Below, piece by piece: positions 44,972 through 53,871 of a stretch of DNA of 56,826 nucleotides (within the stretch, counting starts at the first letter, position 1; each line of letters opens with the position of its first letter). The DNA lies in the IMG/VR virus record IMGVR_UViG_3300036770_001578, positions 1 to 56,826 of that record, one strand, 5' to 3'. Source of the stretch: a virus (lineage: Duplodnaviria > Caudoviricetes). Under the pieces are notes generated by a model. It was not told where the DNA came from. It saw only the letters and a list, made by a program, of their open reading frames with translations, and searched no databases. The position numbers and the translations under genes are program-made.

Positions 44972-45262
44972 ATGGCTAAGGTCTCCAAAAAGGATATGCC
45001 CTGCAATAAGCCGAGGGCTACTCCCGATCATCCAAAGAAGTCTCACATTGTGAAGGCTTGTGAGGGTGGTAAGGAGAAGGTCATTCGGTTTGGTCAGCAA
45101 GGCAAAAAGGTTGGAACCTTGTCAGGAACCGCAGGTAAACCAAAGGCCGGAGAATCTGAGCGCATGAAAGCCAAGCGCAGGTCGTTTAAAGCCAGACATG
45201 CTAAAAACATAGCCAAGGGCAAGATGTCAGCAGCCTACTGGGCGGATAAGGAAAAATGGTAA
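44972..45262 (+). CDS. basic conserved phage protein
   Basis: KSHIVKAC...IRFGQQG...RRSFKARH...SAAYWADKEKW. Confidence 0.7.
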   Translation: MAKVSKKDMPCNKPRATPDHPKKSHIVKACEGGKEKVIRFGQQGKKVGTLSGTAGKPKAGESERMKAKRRSFKARHAKNIAKGKMSAAYWADKEKW

Positions 45263-45265
45263 GCC

Positions 45266-45517
45266 ATGGAAATGATGCTTTGGAATATCGTCCTTTCGGC
45301 GATAGTGGGGTTCATGATGTTCTTGCTTAAGAACAAGTTCGATGAACTCCAGCGGATCAGCATTCTTTTGAACAAAACAAGAGAAGAAGTCGCTCGGGAT
45401 CATATTACCCGTGCTGAAGTAAGAGCAGATCTAGAGAAGATCCGGGATCATTTTGATAACGGGTTTAAACGTCTTGAAGACAAAATTGATGCCTTATCGC
45501 AAAGGAGTTCAAAATGA
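45266..45517 (+). CDS. membrane protein with coiled coil (possible holin-like)
   Basis: N-terminal TM helix LWNIVLSAIVGFMMFLL then LLNKTREEVAR...RLEDKID. Confidence 0.55.
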   Translation: MEMMLWNIVLSAIVGFMMFLLKNKFDELQRISILLNKTREEVARDHITRAEVRADLEKIRDHFDNGFKRLEDKIDALSQRSSK

Positions 45518-46158
45518 GCAAGAAACGTAGGGGCCGTGGATTAGGTGGTTTGGCTGCTCTTGGTGGAGCGGCATTGCTGGCTATGAAGCTGGCTAAGGGG
45601 GACAGGAAGGATGCTGCCCCTATTGAAGATGCAACGAAAAGGGACTCTAAGTCTTCAAGTGAAACGAAAAGACTTGCAGAAACTGTTACCGACATGGGTG
45701 GTATGAGTCGGGGTACTACGGATTCCAGAGGCACCACAGCCCAATCCTCTAAGCCTGCTGATAGGACTGTTACTAGACCCTCCCCTAGGCCTGCTGCTAG
45801 ACCTGCCGCTCAGGCTCCTGCTGCTCAAGCACCCGCTGTTGTCCCAAGAGCACCTGCGGTTAGTCGAGCAGAAGGAACTACCGCTTCTGGTTTGCCTCGT
45901 GAGGCTCGTGGTGTTCAACCATCTACCCCTACTGATGTTTCTTCAATGATGGCTAACATTGGTACTAGGCCAAGTTTTGGCATCACACCGGGAAGAGAAG
46001 TTGATCCCCGTGTTTTGAATGCTATGCAACGGGCTGGAGGTATGAAAAAAGGTGGCGCGGTAAAGAAGAAGATGAAGTCTGGTGGCACGGTTTCCAAAGC
46101 CTCTAAACGGGCTGACGGAATTGCCAAGCGCGGCAGAACTCATTGCAAGATTTGCTGA
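45514..46158 (+). CDS. low-complexity basic protein
   Basis: MKKGG and MKSGG motifs, ASKRADGIAKRGRT C-terminus. Confidence 0.65.
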   Translation: MSKKRRGRGLGGLAALGGAALLAMKLAKGDRKDAAPIEDATKRDSKSSSETKRLAETVTDMGGMSRGTTDSRGTTAQSSKPADRTVTRPSPRPAARPAAQAPAAQAPAVVPRAPAVSRAEGTTASGLPREARGVQPSTPTDVSSMMANIGTRPSFGITPGREVDPRVLNAMQRAGGMKKGGAVKKKMKSGGTVSKASKRADGIAKRGRTHCKIC

Positions 46159-46649
46159 TGCCTCCGGTCAGCAAGAAGCAGGAAAGGTTCATGCAGGCTG
46201 TGGCGCATTCGCCTAAGTTTGCAAAGAAGGTAGGTGTCCCACAGTCGGTAGGTCATGAATTCACGAAAGGAAAAGACATGTACAAGAAGGATGCAGATGG
46301 AGTTGCTAAGAAGGGCAAAACCCACACGAAGACTTACGCTTCGGGTGGTTCTGTCGAAGGTAAAATGATGAAGAAAGAGGGCCGTGGTATGGCTAAAGCA
46401 GACATGCAAAAGAAGAAATCTGGCGGCATGGCAGCACTTAAGAAACACGCCGCTAAACCCGCTAGTGAGGCTCATGCAGGCCTGAAATATGGCGGCAAGG
46501 TCAAGAAGATGATGGACGGTGGAATGGCCCGTATGCCCTCTCGCGGCGAGCATTCAATCCAGAAGAAATCTACCCGTGGCGCAGAAGATGTCACCATGAT
46601 GAAGAAGGGCGGTGGCGTTAAGAGGATGCGTATGGGTGGGAAGTGCTAA
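46158..46649 (+). CDS. Lys-rich protein with repeated xxxGG motifs
   Basis: MPPVSKKQERFMQAVAHSPKFAKKVGVPQSVG; six GG motifs; TGATG coupling. Confidence 0.7.
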   Translation: MPPVSKKQERFMQAVAHSPKFAKKVGVPQSVGHEFTKGKDMYKKDADGVAKKGKTHTKTYASGGSVEGKMMKKEGRGMAKADMQKKKSGGMAALKKHAAKPASEAHAGLKYGGKVKKMMDGGMARMPSRGEHSIQKKSTRGAEDVTMMKKGGGVKRMRMGGKC

Positions 46650-46937
46650 ATGAGGCCCTCCAGGGGGATGGGCGATATTCGTCCATCCAAGATCCCCAAA
46701 CCCAAGATTAAGAGGCGCAAAGATGGTGACACGTTCACGGCGTTTAAGAATGGCGGCAAGGTTAAATCTCGCGTTAATGAAGCAGGGGTTTATACAAAAC
46801 CTGGAATGCGTAAAAGTCTTTTTGAGCAGATTAAAGCTTCCGCGACTCAAGGGACTGCTGCGGGTGAATGGTCAGCCAGAAAAGCGCAACTCTTAGCCAA
46901 GAAGTACAAGGCTAAAGGTGGCGGGTACCGTGGATGA
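46650..46937 (+). CDS. basic protein
   Basis: MRPSRGMG...FKNGG...YTKPGMRK...GEWSARKAQLLAKKYKAKGGGY. Confidence 0.7.
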   Translation: MRPSRGMGDIRPSKIPKPKIKRRKDGDTFTAFKNGGKVKSRVNEAGVYTKPGMRKSLFEQIKASATQGTAAGEWSARKAQLLAKKYKAKGGGYRG

Positions 46938-47167
46938 AGAAGCCTCAGCAAAGTCTTAAGGACTGGACTGCTCAGAAGTGGAGGACCAAGAGTGGCAAGA
47001 AATCTTCCGTTACAGGCGAGCGTTATTTACCAGAGAAAGCGATCCAATCTCTATCTTCAGCAGAGTATGCAGCGACGACTAGAGCGAAAAGAGTTGGTAA
47101 AGCTAGTGGAAAACAGTTCGTCAAACAACCAAAGCGCATTGCAGCAAAAACAAAGGGATTTCGATGA
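46934..47167 (+). CDS. basic protein (DUF5872-like)
   Basis: QQSLKDWTAQKWRTKSGK...TGERYLPEKAI...GKQFVKQP. Confidence 0.7.
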   Translation: MKKPQQSLKDWTAQKWRTKSGKKSSVTGERYLPEKAIQSLSSAEYAATTRAKRVGKASGKQFVKQPKRIAAKTKGFR

Positions 47168-47436
47168 AGACCGTTACTCCTAGATCCGCCAAAGAAGATG
47201 AGATGGCTAAAGACCCTATTGAGCAACTTAAAAAGGGTAAGACTAAAGTTGTCAAAGCCAAGGAAGGCAAGTGGATACAGTCAGCCATAAAGAAACCTGG
47301 CTCCTTGCGTGAATCTCTTGGTGCCAAAAAGGGCGAGAAGATCCCGGCTAAAAAGCTAGCAGCAGCAGCTAAAAAGCCGGGGAAGATGGGCCAAAGAGCA
47401 CGGTTAGCGCAGACATTAAAGGGCTTTAAGAAGTGA
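47164..47436 (+). CDS. basic protein
   Basis: KWIQSAIKKPGSLR...GQRARLAQTLK. Confidence 0.7.
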   Translation: MKTVTPRSAKEDEMAKDPIEQLKKGKTKVVKAKEGKWIQSAIKKPGSLRESLGAKKGEKIPAKKLAAAAKKPGKMGQRARLAQTLKGFKK

Positions 47437-48200
47437 CAACCTCTGGCGTTTCAGCCTTTAATCTCGATCTCAATGACATCATTGAGGAAGCCTTTGAGCG
47501 CTGTGGTGCAGAGCTTCGCACGGGCTATGACTTCCGTACCGCTCGTCGATCGCTAAACCTTCTGACTATCGAGTGGGCCAACAGAGGTATCAATCTGTGG
47601 ACAATCGAAGAAGGTGAGATCGTCCTGCAGACCGGTGTCCCTACCTATGACCTGCCGGTTGATACGATCGACCTTCTGGAGCATGTAATTCGGACTGGAT
47701 CTGGAACCCCTTCTCTACAGTCTGACCTGACGATTACCCGTATCAGTGTTAGCACTTACGCTACGATTCCCAATAAGCTGATCCAGGGTAGACCAATTCA
47801 GGTATGGGTAGACCGTCAGTCTGGTGCTACCTACCCTCCCGGTGGAAGACCTGTAGGTACAAACCCTAGCACTGGTGTTGACCATCCTAAGATCCATGTC
47901 TGGCCTACTCCCAATGAGCCTGGGGATCAGTACCGTTTTGTTTACTGGCGCATGAGAAGGATTCAGGACGCTGGGGGCGGTGTTGCTACCCAAGATATCC
48001 CTTTCAGGTTCTTGAACTGCATGATTGCTGGCTTGGCCTACTATCTGTCCTTGAAGATAGCAGCAGTCGATCCTGCTCGTCGTATGGAACTTAAGGCAGC
48101 GTATGAGGAGCAGTGGAAGTTTGCGATCGAAGAGGACCGTGAGAAGGCAGCAATTCGGTTCGTTCCTCGCCGTCAATACATCGGATCGGGGACCTTGTAA
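47433..48200 (+). CDS. head-tail adaptor / tail tubular-type protein
   Basis: IIEEAFERCG...TARRSLNLL..EWANRG...VWPTP...AGLAYYL. Confidence 0.75.
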   Translation: MTTSGVSAFNLDLNDIIEEAFERCGAELRTGYDFRTARRSLNLLTIEWANRGINLWTIEEGEIVLQTGVPTYDLPVDTIDLLEHVIRTGSGTPSLQSDLTITRISVSTYATIPNKLIQGRPIQVWVDRQSGATYPPGGRPVGTNPSTGVDHPKIHVWPTPNEPGDQYRFVYWRMRRIQDAGGGVATQDIPFRFLNCMIAGLAYYLSLKIAAVDPARRMELKAAYEEQWKFAIEEDREKAAIRFVPRRQYIGSGTL

Positions 48201-48589
48201 TGGGCAACCGTTTTGCCTCCGGCAAAAATGCGATCTCTGAGTGCGATCGGTGCGGGTTTCAGTACCGTTTAAAGCAGCTTCGTCAGCTTGTCATCAAGAC
48301 CAAGAACGTCAATATCATGGTCTGCCCGGAATGCTGGGAACCAGATCAGCCACAATTGCAGCTTGGAATGTACCCGGTAGATGACCCCCAGGGACTTCGG
48401 AACCCTCGTCCTGATACTACCTATGTGGTGTCTGGTGTAAACGCCCAGGGAGTCCCTTCAGGGGGCTCCAGGATCATTCAGTGGGGTTGGTATCCCGTAG
48501 GTGGTTCCAGAGGCACTGACGCCGGTTTAACGCCAAATAACCTTGTTTTTGGCATCCAGCTTGGTACAGTTACCGTCAATCCAACATGA
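48200..48589 (+). CDS. Zn-ribbon hypothetical protein
   Basis: CDRCG...VCPECWE..QPQL...DPQGLRNPRPD. Confidence 0.7.
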   Translation: MGNRFASGKNAISECDRCGFQYRLKQLRQLVIKTKNVNIMVCPECWEPDQPQLQLGMYPVDDPQGLRNPRPDTTYVVSGVNAQGVPSGGSRIIQWGWYPVGGSRGTDAGLTPNNLVFGIQLGTVTVNPT

Positions 48590-48599
48590 GGAGCAAACC

Positions 48600-48740
48600 A
48601 TGGAATACAAGAAACCCAAACCAGTACCAGTCCCTAACACGGCAGGGTACCCGAACAATGTCCCCAACACCCAGACCGTTAAAACCAGGGGTACCGGTGC
48701 TGCTACAAAAGGCACACACTCCAGCAAGACGCTCGCCTAA
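48600..48740 (+). CDS. small protein with RGTGAATKG motif
   Basis: GAGGAG RBS before ATG 48600. Confidence 0.6.
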   Translation: MEYKKPKPVPVPNTAGYPNNVPNTQTVKTRGTGAATKGTHSSKTLA

Positions 48741-49484
48741 ATGAACTACCAAGAGCTTTTCGAGACCGTTAAAGGTTATGTGGAAAATGACTTCCCAAAC
48801 CTTGAGTACGGAGATCCGACTGCAAATTCTCAGAATTTTACTTCTAAGGAGCAGTTGGATACCTTTATTCGTCAAGCAGAGCAAAGGATTTATAACAGCG
48901 TACAGTTTCCTTCGATTAGGAAAAACGTCACTGGGGTAACGACAAACGGCAATAAGTACTTGTCATCTCCTAGCGACTTTCTGGCTGTTTACTCTATGGC
49001 AGTAATTCTGCCTACAGGTGAATACGAGTACTTGCTCAATAAAGATGTGAACTTCATCAGGGCTGCTTATCCACGCCCAGCCGATACTGGAGTACCCCGG
49101 TACTACGCTTTGTTTGGGCCTACTACCACAAATGACAATCCGCCTCAGTTAACCGATGAGCTAAGTTTTATTCTTGGCCCTACGCCTAACGCTGCCTACG
49201 ACATAGAGCTTCATTATTTCTTCTATCCTGAGTCGATTACAGTAGCCGCTGATGGTAGAACTTGGCTTGGGGACAACTTTGACAGCGTATTGCTGTATGG
49301 CACTCTTCTGGAAGCCTATACATTTATGAAGGGTGAGCAAGACGTTATCGCCAACTACACCGCAAGGTACAACGAGGCACTGATTCTTGCTAAACGGCTT
49401 GGTGATGGTATGGAACGCAGTGATGCTTACAGGTCGGGGCAGTTCCGTATGCCGAACCTTCCGCAAAATACTGGGGTGCAATAA
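48741..49484 (+). CDS. second adaptor-type tail protein
   Basis: FIRQAEQRI...PRYYA...GPTP...TWLGDN...LLYGTLLEAYTFMKG. Confidence 0.7.
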   Translation: MNYQELFETVKGYVENDFPNLEYGDPTANSQNFTSKEQLDTFIRQAEQRIYNSVQFPSIRKNVTGVTTNGNKYLSSPSDFLAVYSMAVILPTGEYEYLLNKDVNFIRAAYPRPADTGVPRYYALFGPTTTNDNPPQLTDELSFILGPTPNAAYDIELHYFFYPESITVAADGRTWLGDNFDSVLLYGTLLEAYTFMKGEQDVIANYTARYNEALILAKRLGDGMERSDAYRSGQFRMPNLPQNTGVQ

Positions 49485-49901
49485 GTGGCCTTTACCGGGA
49501 ACTTTCTCTCCGACACATTTAAGATCGGTCTGCGTAATGCAGACTTTGATTTTGCGCCTGGAACTACGGATGTTTACAAGATTGCCTTGTATACAAATGC
49601 TGCTACCCTGAATGCAACAACACCTGCTTATACTACTGATGGTGAGGTAGTGGCTTCTGGTTATACCGCTGGTGGTGAGGTTTTAACGCCTGTGGTTGGG
49701 TTTGCTAACGGTGTGTCGTTTATCACCTTTAATAATGTTTCTTGGTCTGGGGCGTTTACCGCACGGGGCGCTCTGATCTATAAGGATGGTGGTGCTGCTG
49801 TCTGTGTCTTGGATTTTGGTTCAGATAAGACATCTACTACTACCTTTCCTGTGCAGTTCCCCGTGGCAACCAGCGCAGATGCGCTCATTCGTTTTGGATA
49901 A
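49485..49901 (+). CDS. tail structural protein
   Basis: YKIALYT...GYTAGG...TARGALIY...VLDFGSDK. Confidence 0.7.
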   Translation: MAFTGNFLSDTFKIGLRNADFDFAPGTTDVYKIALYTNAATLNATTPAYTTDGEVVASGYTAGGEVLTPVVGFANGVSFITFNNVSWSGAFTARGALIYKDGGAAVCVLDFGSDKTSTTTFPVQFPVATSADALIRFG

Positions 49902-49907
49902 AGGAGT

Positions 49908-50495
49908 TTGAAAATGCTTGCAAATAAAGCAATCTCTTCTGATAAAGCCGCTGCAAGCGTCAATATGGGCGGCGACCTTGCTTCTGGTGCCCGTGGAGGC
50001 GGCGTATTTCACTTCAAGTGCTACGACAAAGACGGCAACCTGAAATGGGAAGACAAAGCTCATAACCTTGTGGTTAACGTAGGTCTGGCTGATATGAACG
50101 ACAAGTACTTTAGTGGGTCTGGCTATTCTGCCACTTGGTATCTTGGTCTGGTTGATAACAGCCCTTCGCCTTCTTATGCGGCTGGAGACACAATGGCTTC
50201 TCATGCTGGCTGGGCTGAAAACACTGACTACACACAGGCAAACAGACCGACAGTGACGTTTGGTTCTGCAACGGTTGCCGATCCTTCTGTTATTAACAAT
50301 TCAGGTGCAGTTGATGTCTTTACCATGAACGCATCGGTGACAATTGCTGGCGCTTTTCTGACTAGCGATAACACCAAGGGTGGCACGGCTGGGATCTTGT
50401 TTTCTGCGTCAACCTTTCAAACCCCCGGCGCTCGTACAGTCGTGTCAGGTGACACATTGAATGTCACCTACGAATTTAGCCTTGATGCTGCTTAA
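49908..50495 (+). CDS. tail structural protein
   Basis: HNLVVNVG...VVSGDTLNVTY. Confidence 0.7.
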   Translation: MKMLANKAISSDKAAASVNMGGDLASGARGGGVFHFKCYDKDGNLKWEDKAHNLVVNVGLADMNDKYFSGSGYSATWYLGLVDNSPSPSYAAGDTMASHAGWAENTDYTQANRPTVTFGSATVADPSVINNSGAVDVFTMNASVTIAGAFLTSDNTKGGTAGILFSASTFQTPGARTVVSGDTLNVTYEFSLDAA

Positions 50496-50505
50496 GGAGC
50501 AATAA

Positions 50506-50685
50506 ATGCCTACTACATTTACCAAAAACCAAACCGTGCGGCTCAAGGCTATTCTTCCGGAAGGCCCGGTTGTGGCTCTTCGCATGAATGAGGATGGCGA
50601 GTTCTTTTACATGATCCAGTGGACAGATGCTAATGGAAGGTCTCAACAGCGCTGGTTCAAAGAAGAAGAACTAGAAGCCGTTTAA
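50506..50685 (+). CDS. 59-aa SH3-like small protein (not in ORF track)
   Basis: MPTTFTKNQTVRL...QQRWFKEEELEAV; AAGGAG RBS. Confidence 0.65.
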   Translation: MPTTFTKNQTVRLKAILPEGPVVALRMNEDGEFFYMIQWTDANGRSQQRWFKEEELEAV

Positions 50686-50686
50686 T

Positions 50687-51529
50687 GTGTTTGGGTTTCT
50701 GCCATTTGCCACAGCACCGTTTTCTTCGCTTGCTGGCAATACGTATGCCGTAACAGTCTCTGAATCAGCGACTGCATCTGATGTTGTCTCTGCTTTAGTT
50801 GATTTTCTTTCTTCTTTGTCGGAGTCTGCTACAGGCTCTGATTCTGTTTCTACTAATGTAATTTTCGTTGTTTTAATACAAGAATCCTCAACGGGTGCTG
50901 ATGAGGTCTCTGCCGGGATTGATTTTTCTAACCAGATCGATGAAAGCGCCACTGGGTCTGAAGAAGTATCTGGAGCGGTGGACTTTGGTGTTGCTATAGA
51001 TGAATCTGCTACAGGCTCAGACGAAGTAAGTAGTTTGGTTGATTTTGGTGGGCAGATTGATGAATCAGCTACTGGGGCGGATCAGGTTTCTTCTCTGGCT
51101 GATTTTGTGTCCCAGATTGATGAGGCGGCTACAGGATCAGAGCAAGTATTCTCAATTGGCACGTTCCAGCATTTAATCCAAGAGTTGGCAACCGGGTCAG
51201 ATCAGGTATTTGCGGGGGTTGATTTTATAGTTTTAGTGGTTGAGGCTTCTACTGGATCAGAAGAGGTATCTGGTGCTGTTGATTTTGGAAACCTTATACA
51301 GGAAGCCGCAGAAGGCTCAGAAGTTGTATCTACGTCGATTGATTTTGGTGTCTTAATTCAAGAACTTGCAATTGCTGAAGACAGCCCTCTGGTTAGATTT
51401 TTGTGGGAGTTGATTAATGACAGCCAATCTGTTACATGGCAAAATGTCCAGAGCGGTGGGAATACAAGTTGGGTGGTGGTTAATACCTCTGAAACAACCA
51501 ACTGGCAAAACGTCCCCACGCTAAATTAA
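50687..51529 (+). CDS. acidic 20-aa-repeat tail protein
   Basis: MFGFLPFATAPFSSL N-terminus; about 11 repeats of ESATGS.EVS..VDFG..ID. Confidence 0.75.
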   Translation: MFGFLPFATAPFSSLAGNTYAVTVSESATASDVVSALVDFLSSLSESATGSDSVSTNVIFVVLIQESSTGADEVSAGIDFSNQIDESATGSEEVSGAVDFGVAIDESATGSDEVSSLVDFGGQIDESATGADQVSSLADFVSQIDEAATGSEQVFSIGTFQHLIQELATGSDQVFAGVDFIVLVVEASTGSEEVSGAVDFGNLIQEAAEGSEVVSTSIDFGVLIQELAIAEDSPLVRFLWELINDSQSVTWQNVQSGGNTSWVVVNTSETTNWQNVPTLN

Positions 51530-51538
51530 GGAGCAAGC

Positions 51539-52195
51539 ATGGCTTTCGTAGTCAAGGACAGGGTAAAAGAAACCACCACCACGACTGGCACGGGCACCAT
51601 CACGCTTGCTGGTGCTGTTACGGGGTTTCAGTCTTTCTCCGTAATTGGCAACGGAAACACCACGTATTACACCATCCAAGACGCTCTTTCTGGGGATTGG
51701 GAAGTCGGGGTTGGTACGTATACGTCCTCTGGTACAACGCTTTCTAGGGATACGGTGCTGGAGTCTAGCAACTCTGGGAACCTCGTTAATTTTGGCGCTG
51801 GAGATAAAGATGTCTTTGTGACCTACCCAGCCGAGCGGTCTGTTGAGGCTGTAGGTTCCGGGGTGCGGTCAGACACGGGTTCGGTCTATATCAACAAGAC
51901 CACGATGACCGAAGATACGGTTATTGATTCTGGCGAGAACGGGTTTGCTGTGGGGCCGCTGACGGTTGCCTCGGGCGTGAGTTTTACGGTTACTGCTGGG
52001 CAGACGTTCTACGAGATTGGTGGCACGGGTGCTACTGGAGCCGGAGGCGATCAGGTTTTTGTTGAAAACACGCAGACTGTAACGACAAGTTATTCAATCC
52101 CAAGTGGTAGAAATGCAATGTCAACCGGCCCAATAACGGTGGATTCCGGGGTAACAGTAACAGTTCCAACAGGTTCAAGATGGGTGGTGATCTGA
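51539..52195 (+). CDS. tail fibre base/hub protein
   Basis: DRVKETTTTTGTGTITL...WEVGVGTY; two ..GP.TV.SGV modules. Confidence 0.7.
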   Translation: MAFVVKDRVKETTTTTGTGTITLAGAVTGFQSFSVIGNGNTTYYTIQDALSGDWEVGVGTYTSSGTTLSRDTVLESSNSGNLVNFGAGDKDVFVTYPAERSVEAVGSGVRSDTGSVYINKTTMTEDTVIDSGENGFAVGPLTVASGVSFTVTAGQTFYEIGGTGATGAGGDQVFVENTQTVTTSYSIPSGRNAMSTGPITVDSGVTVTVPTGSRWVVI

Positions 52196-52196
52196 T

Positions 52197-52835
52197 ATGG
52201 CAACAACAATAGACGGTACTGGACTAATAACTGTTGACGGAACATCTACGACACAGGGCCGTGTTCGCCTTGCAGAAGATACCGACAACGGAACTAATTA
52301 CATTGAACTGACTGCCCCCGCGTCGGTGGCAAGTAATAGAACAATTACTTTACCTGATAACACAGGGATGATCATCACTACTGCGTCAACCTTTGCAGGG
52401 ACTGGGCCAGCGTTTAGCGCAACAAAAAGCGCCAATCAAACTATTGCAAGTTCTTCTACTTGGACAAAGGTTACTTGGTCTGGAGAGGATTTTGATACGA
52501 ACAGCAACTTTGCTTCTGATAGATTTACTCCAACTGTAGCGGGGTATTATTTAATTACTTGTATTTTGATAATAGAAGTATTAGTTGCACAAAATAACAC
52601 TATGCAGGCTGCCATTTATAAAAATGGTTCTTCGTACAGGCAAATTTTTGGCCTCTCTGGACCAAGTGTAAATATGAACATTGGCAATGCAGTTGGGACA
52701 AATGGTTCCGCTGTTATTTACTTAAATGGAAGCACTGACTACATTGAGATATATGCTTTTCAAACTTATGGCGCAAATGGTGCTCAAGTAAATGCTGGGG
52801 CTTCGTTTACTGGTGCTTTAGTGAGGGCCGCATAA
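52197..52835 (+). CDS. tail fibre with C1q-like tip
   Basis: GPAFSA...FTPTVAGYY...YLNGSTDYIEIY...FTGALVRAA. Confidence 0.75.
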   Translation: MATTIDGTGLITVDGTSTTQGRVRLAEDTDNGTNYIELTAPASVASNRTITLPDNTGMIITTASTFAGTGPAFSATKSANQTIASSSTWTKVTWSGEDFDTNSNFASDRFTPTVAGYYLITCILIIEVLVAQNNTMQAAIYKNGSSYRQIFGLSGPSVNMNIGNAVGTNGSAVIYLNGSTDYIEIYAFQTYGANGAQVNAGASFTGALVRAA

Positions 52836-53008
52836 TGACACTTTACGAAAAAATTCTTTCCATCTACCCAGAGTTGGTGGATTTTAACTTTGCTGCTGGC
52901 GTCATCATTCTTCAGAACGATTCTGACGGTCGCGGTGATTACATTGCCAAGTGGGAGCATCCAACTCTTGCAAGACCCACGCAAGAACAACTCGATTCGC
53001 AGGAGTAA
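52835..53008 (+). CDS. XkdW-like fibre chaperone (not in ORF track)
   Basis: MTLYEKILSIYPEL...LQNDSDGRGDYIAKWEHPTLARPTQEQL. Confidence 0.7.
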   Translation: MTLYEKILSIYPELVDFNFAAGVIILQNDSDGRGDYIAKWEHPTLARPTQEQLDSQE

Positions 53009-53011
53009 CAA

Positions 53012-53581
53012 ATGTCTAAAGTAGCCATCACGGGCAACGTAAGCGGCACAGGCACGCTGACAATAGCGGCCCCTAATACGAATACTGATTACACGCTGAC
53101 GCTTCCGACCAACACAGGGACGATACTGACTAATGCGACTACTACAGGCTTCCCTGCAGGTAGTGTGTTGCAAGTGGTTCAAGCCACAACATCAACTGAA
53201 GTATCAACAAGTTCCGCCGCTCCGACGTATGTAGATACAGGACTTTCTGCTTCTATTACTCCGTCTTCTGCGTCTAGCAAAATTCTTGTTTGTGTAAACC
53301 ACGGCACAGTAACAAAGAGTTCAGGAAACGCTAACAACCGACTTTTTATAAGAATTATGCGAGGAAGCACTGAAATATCTTTGTTTGGTAATGGTTTGAA
53401 CTATACCGCCACAGCCTTGCAAGTCCGTTCAAGTGCAAGTTTTGCGTATTTAGATTCTCCGGCAACAACATCGTCTACGACTTATAAAACTCAATTTGCA
53501 AATGGTGATCCAGCCGCTGAGGTTCAGGTGCAAACCAACAGTTCAATGTCTTCAATAATTTTAATGGAGATTGCGGCATGA
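53012..53581 (+). CDS. short tail fibre
   Basis: GSVLQVV...SITPSSASSKILV...LDSPATTSSTTYK...SSIILMEIAA. Confidence 0.75.
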   Translation: MSKVAITGNVSGTGTLTIAAPNTNTDYTLTLPTNTGTILTNATTTGFPAGSVLQVVQATTSTEVSTSSAAPTYVDTGLSASITPSSASSKILVCVNHGTVTKSSGNANNRLFIRIMRGSTEISLFGNGLNYTATALQVRSSASFAYLDSPATTSSTTYKTQFANGDPAAEVQVQTNSSMSSIILMEIAA

Positions 53582-53871
53582 TTAAGAAATCTGATGCTAT
53601 TCGCTCTTTGCGCCCCAACGCCGTATGGGTTCTCCGTGGTGATGAACTAGAGTGGCTCGACCAAAATCAGACACGACCAACTGATGCCGAAATTGACGCA
53701 GAGGTTGCAAGGCTGACTGCGCTTGAGCCTGCGCGTATTGCGGGCGAAAACCGCAGAGCCGCCTACATTGCCGAGGCAGACCCACTATTCTTCAAAGCAC
53801 AACGAGGTGAAGCCACGATGGAAGAATGGCAAGCTAAAGTAGCTGAGATCAAAGCGAGGTTTCCGAAATGA
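53578..53871 (+). CDS. tail fibre chaperone
   Basis: AIRSLRPNA.W...PTDAEI...RRAAY...EIKARFPK. Confidence 0.7.
   Translation: MIKKSDAIRSLRPNAVWVLRGDELEWLDQNQTRPTDAEIDAEVARLTALEPARIAGENRRAAYIAEADPLFFKAQRGEATMEEWQAKVAEIKARFPK

Larger units (their letters stand above)
420..45470. repeat. dispersed palindrome GTTTAAAC, 25 copies by hand count
   Basis: Starts at 420, 2471, 6608, 10155, 13493, 14052, 16035, 16867, 17596, 21127, 23433, 24961, 26647, 28335, 30400, 31116, 33474, 33954, 34210, 35186, 35335, 37663, 40159, 43572, 45463. Confidence 0.9.
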
